NCBI GenBank assembly: GCA_002633005.1
Contig: NMRA01000100.1
Span: forward strand, 206,497-270,496
DNA length: 64,000 bases
Direction of reading: 5' to 3'
Source of the DNA: Phoronis australis
Lineage: Eukaryota > Animalia > Phoronida
Part shown: one piece after another, positions 61,804 to 64,000 of the stretch
How the letters are laid out: each line of letters starts with the position of its first letter
Position numbering within the stretch: position 1 is the first letter of the stretch
Translations under genes and position numbers: made by a program
The notes under the pieces: model-generated
Database searches by the model: none
What the model was told of the DNA's origin: nothing
What the model saw: the letters and a program-made list of their open reading frames with translations, nothing else

Positions 61804-64000
61804 TTAACGTACCGGCGTACACTGTATGCATTAACGCGCTAAGATAAAGCGTGCAGAATATTATTATTTACTTTCTACAAAATTGTGGTTCACTGCTATC
61901 AAAATTCGTTGTTAAATTACAATCATTTTTCAGAAAATTGTGCTGAAATCCCAGGGCGAAGTCTCGCCGACAAATGCGTAGCTGCCGGTCTCGCAATCGT
62001 AGATAGGACTTGAAATCTTGAATAAGAATACAGCTTCGACTTAACAAATTACCTGAAACCCTCCTCAAGTTCTCCAAATAGTGTCTCTAAGATTTTTAAG
62101 TTCTTGTGGAATCTGGATTAACTGCAGATTAAAGTCCTTGTTGCAAACTGCCCATGTGGTTCTAGTATCCGAAAATACTTACTACATAAATTCTTTTTTT
62201 CGACACCCTTTCTTTATATTCTTTTCGCCTTTCTTGCCAAAAGCGATTTTTTAACAGTATTTGACCCTTCTCTCTGAGCGTATGATTACCGGTTGTCATC
62301 GGTTATTTCCGTACCCACATTTCCGGCTCATCAGTTCAGGAACTTGTCCTGAACGCCGCCATTTTTTCCTTGTAACTGAATGTGCTATGGCTTGCTCGAA
62401 AAGTCTTCATTATTTTGTTTTATTAGTAATATATCGTGATTCGTTTGCATATGTAGTGTATTTATAGTTTGTAGTTAGTGGTCGTTGANNNNNNNNNNNN
62501 NNNNNNNNNNNNNNNNNNNNNNNNNNNNNNNNNNNNNNNNNNNNNNNNNNNNNNNNNNNNNNNNNNNNNNNNNNNNNNNNNNNNNNNNNTGTAAAGTTAT
62601 TGCAAGTTTTGTGGCGAAATTTGGGTCACTTTGTTTGGATCGCGTCGGCCATATTGGAGGACAGCGGGATAAGTTACGAGTTTAAAACTTTAGGTAAATT
62701 GTTTTCGCCAACAAATTACGGTGAAATTTAGTTAGACATATCTTTACTTACTATTCTGCACGATTCAACAGTGTTCACCAAATTTCAGCCACGCAGTTGT
62801 TACTCATTAAGAGATAAATGTGCTCACATTCCCGTTGGACTTCGTCTCATTTCTGGCGGCACCTACAATGTCGACTTTTGCTGAACTGAAAGGCACGTTC
62901 AGTCGGCTACTTTGTAATTTGTGAAGACTTAACGTTGATACATTTTGACAAACGTTGCTACAAAAAAGAAACTTTGTTAAATTTTCGTGTTTTTGTGTTT
63001 GAGGCCAGCGACCAGTTAGGCCTAAGGTAGTCTTGACGCAAAGCTGGCGTGCGTTTAGTAGACGCTAGGACCTACGCTAGAACCTTGCAAAATCCTAGTC
63101 AAAGTCACATGTTCTCAGTTAAAACACACGGCAATATCTCACGTAATCTCGCGAAGTCTTGCTTCTTAGCGAGGTCCTAGCGCTACTGAACGGGAGGCTG
63201 TATAGGCCTACTAACAAGCTGTATTTTGACTATGTCTTCACTGGTAGCTGGTGACTGAGGCTAACTAAGGTCTGACCCCCAGTGTGACACAGGACTAACC
63301 AGCCCGTAATTTCATGCAAGTGTCTGAAACTACCCTTGAATATATGCAGCATTTANATATTCACTGCACGAACCGGCTGGGGCTGGATCGTCGACAACTG
63401 GAGCAAGGGAAACGGTTCTACTAGAGAGAAGGTCTGTCGCCTCCTCCTCCACATCCGAAACGTCAGAATCGTCTGAAAACTCCACCTGACCCTCCCTGTA
63501 TCTTTCAAAATATTCTTCATCTACGCTGCTGTACTCACTGGGATCCGTTTCTATTTTCCGTTACAACAATGGCGTTACAACGCCACGGCAACAAATATGT
63601 AAATAACTTTTTATAGCGACGTACAATTCAGTTAATATTAAGAATATAGTAATAATAACTATAAACATGAATTTAGAGCATATTGTTGTCCAGATTGGTT
63701 GAGACCTTGCAATTTACACTTTAACGTACCGGCGTACACTATATGCATTAACGCGCTAAGATAAAGCGTGCAGAATATTATTATTTACTTTCTACAAAAT
63801 TGTGGTTCACTGCTATCAAAATTCGCTGTTAAATTACAATCATTTTTCAGAAAATTCTGCTGAAATCCCAGGGCGAATTCTCACCGACAAATGCGTAGCT
63901 GCCGGTCTCGCAATCGTAGATAGGGCTTGAAATCTTGAATAAGAATACAGCTTCGACTTAACAAATTACCTGAAACCCTCCTCAAGTTCTCCAAATAGTG
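61804..64000 (+). repeat. Near-identical direct repeat of at least 280 bp (61804-62082 and 63721-64000) on either side of an N gap
   Basis: ttaacgtaccggcgtacact...cctcctcaagttctccaaatagtg occurs twice with only a few differences; the second copy runs off the end of the window. Confidence 0.9.

Noticed and set aside
1-64000. Most 60-190 aa ORFs in the supplied track, and any prokaryotic operon or defence-system reading
   Set aside because: The DNA is intron-containing eukaryotic sequence. Most ORFs start at GTG/TTG, lack motifs, or are antisense shadows of exons and transposons.

Overview
AT-rich, repeat-rich eukaryotic DNA with GT-AG introns, most likely from an invertebrate; the species cannot be read from the sequence. 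The supplied ORF track uses bacterial-style starts and is mostly spurious, so I built the gene models by hand. The window holds a cluster of six 4-exon apolipoprotein-D-like lipocalin genes, all with intron phases 0/2/1. Three are conservative copies (46.6-60.5 kb, + strand). Three are younger, fast-diverging copies: 7.2-10.2 kb (+), 20.9-23.4 kb (+, exon 1 missing) and 39.0-41.8 kb (-). Between two convergent, inverted lipocalin duplicates lies an intact 5-exon gene (29446-35218) for a ~232-aa type-I membrane protein: signal peptide, one CUB domain, a transmembrane helix and a short basic tail. The rest is transposon debris: an internally deleted Academ DNA transposon, a second Academ fragment, LINE ends, a DIRS-type SGNH ORF relic, tRNA-derived SINE heads, foldback MITEs and tandem repeats. 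There are two N gaps. All exon coordinates and translations were read by eye; no database searches were run.
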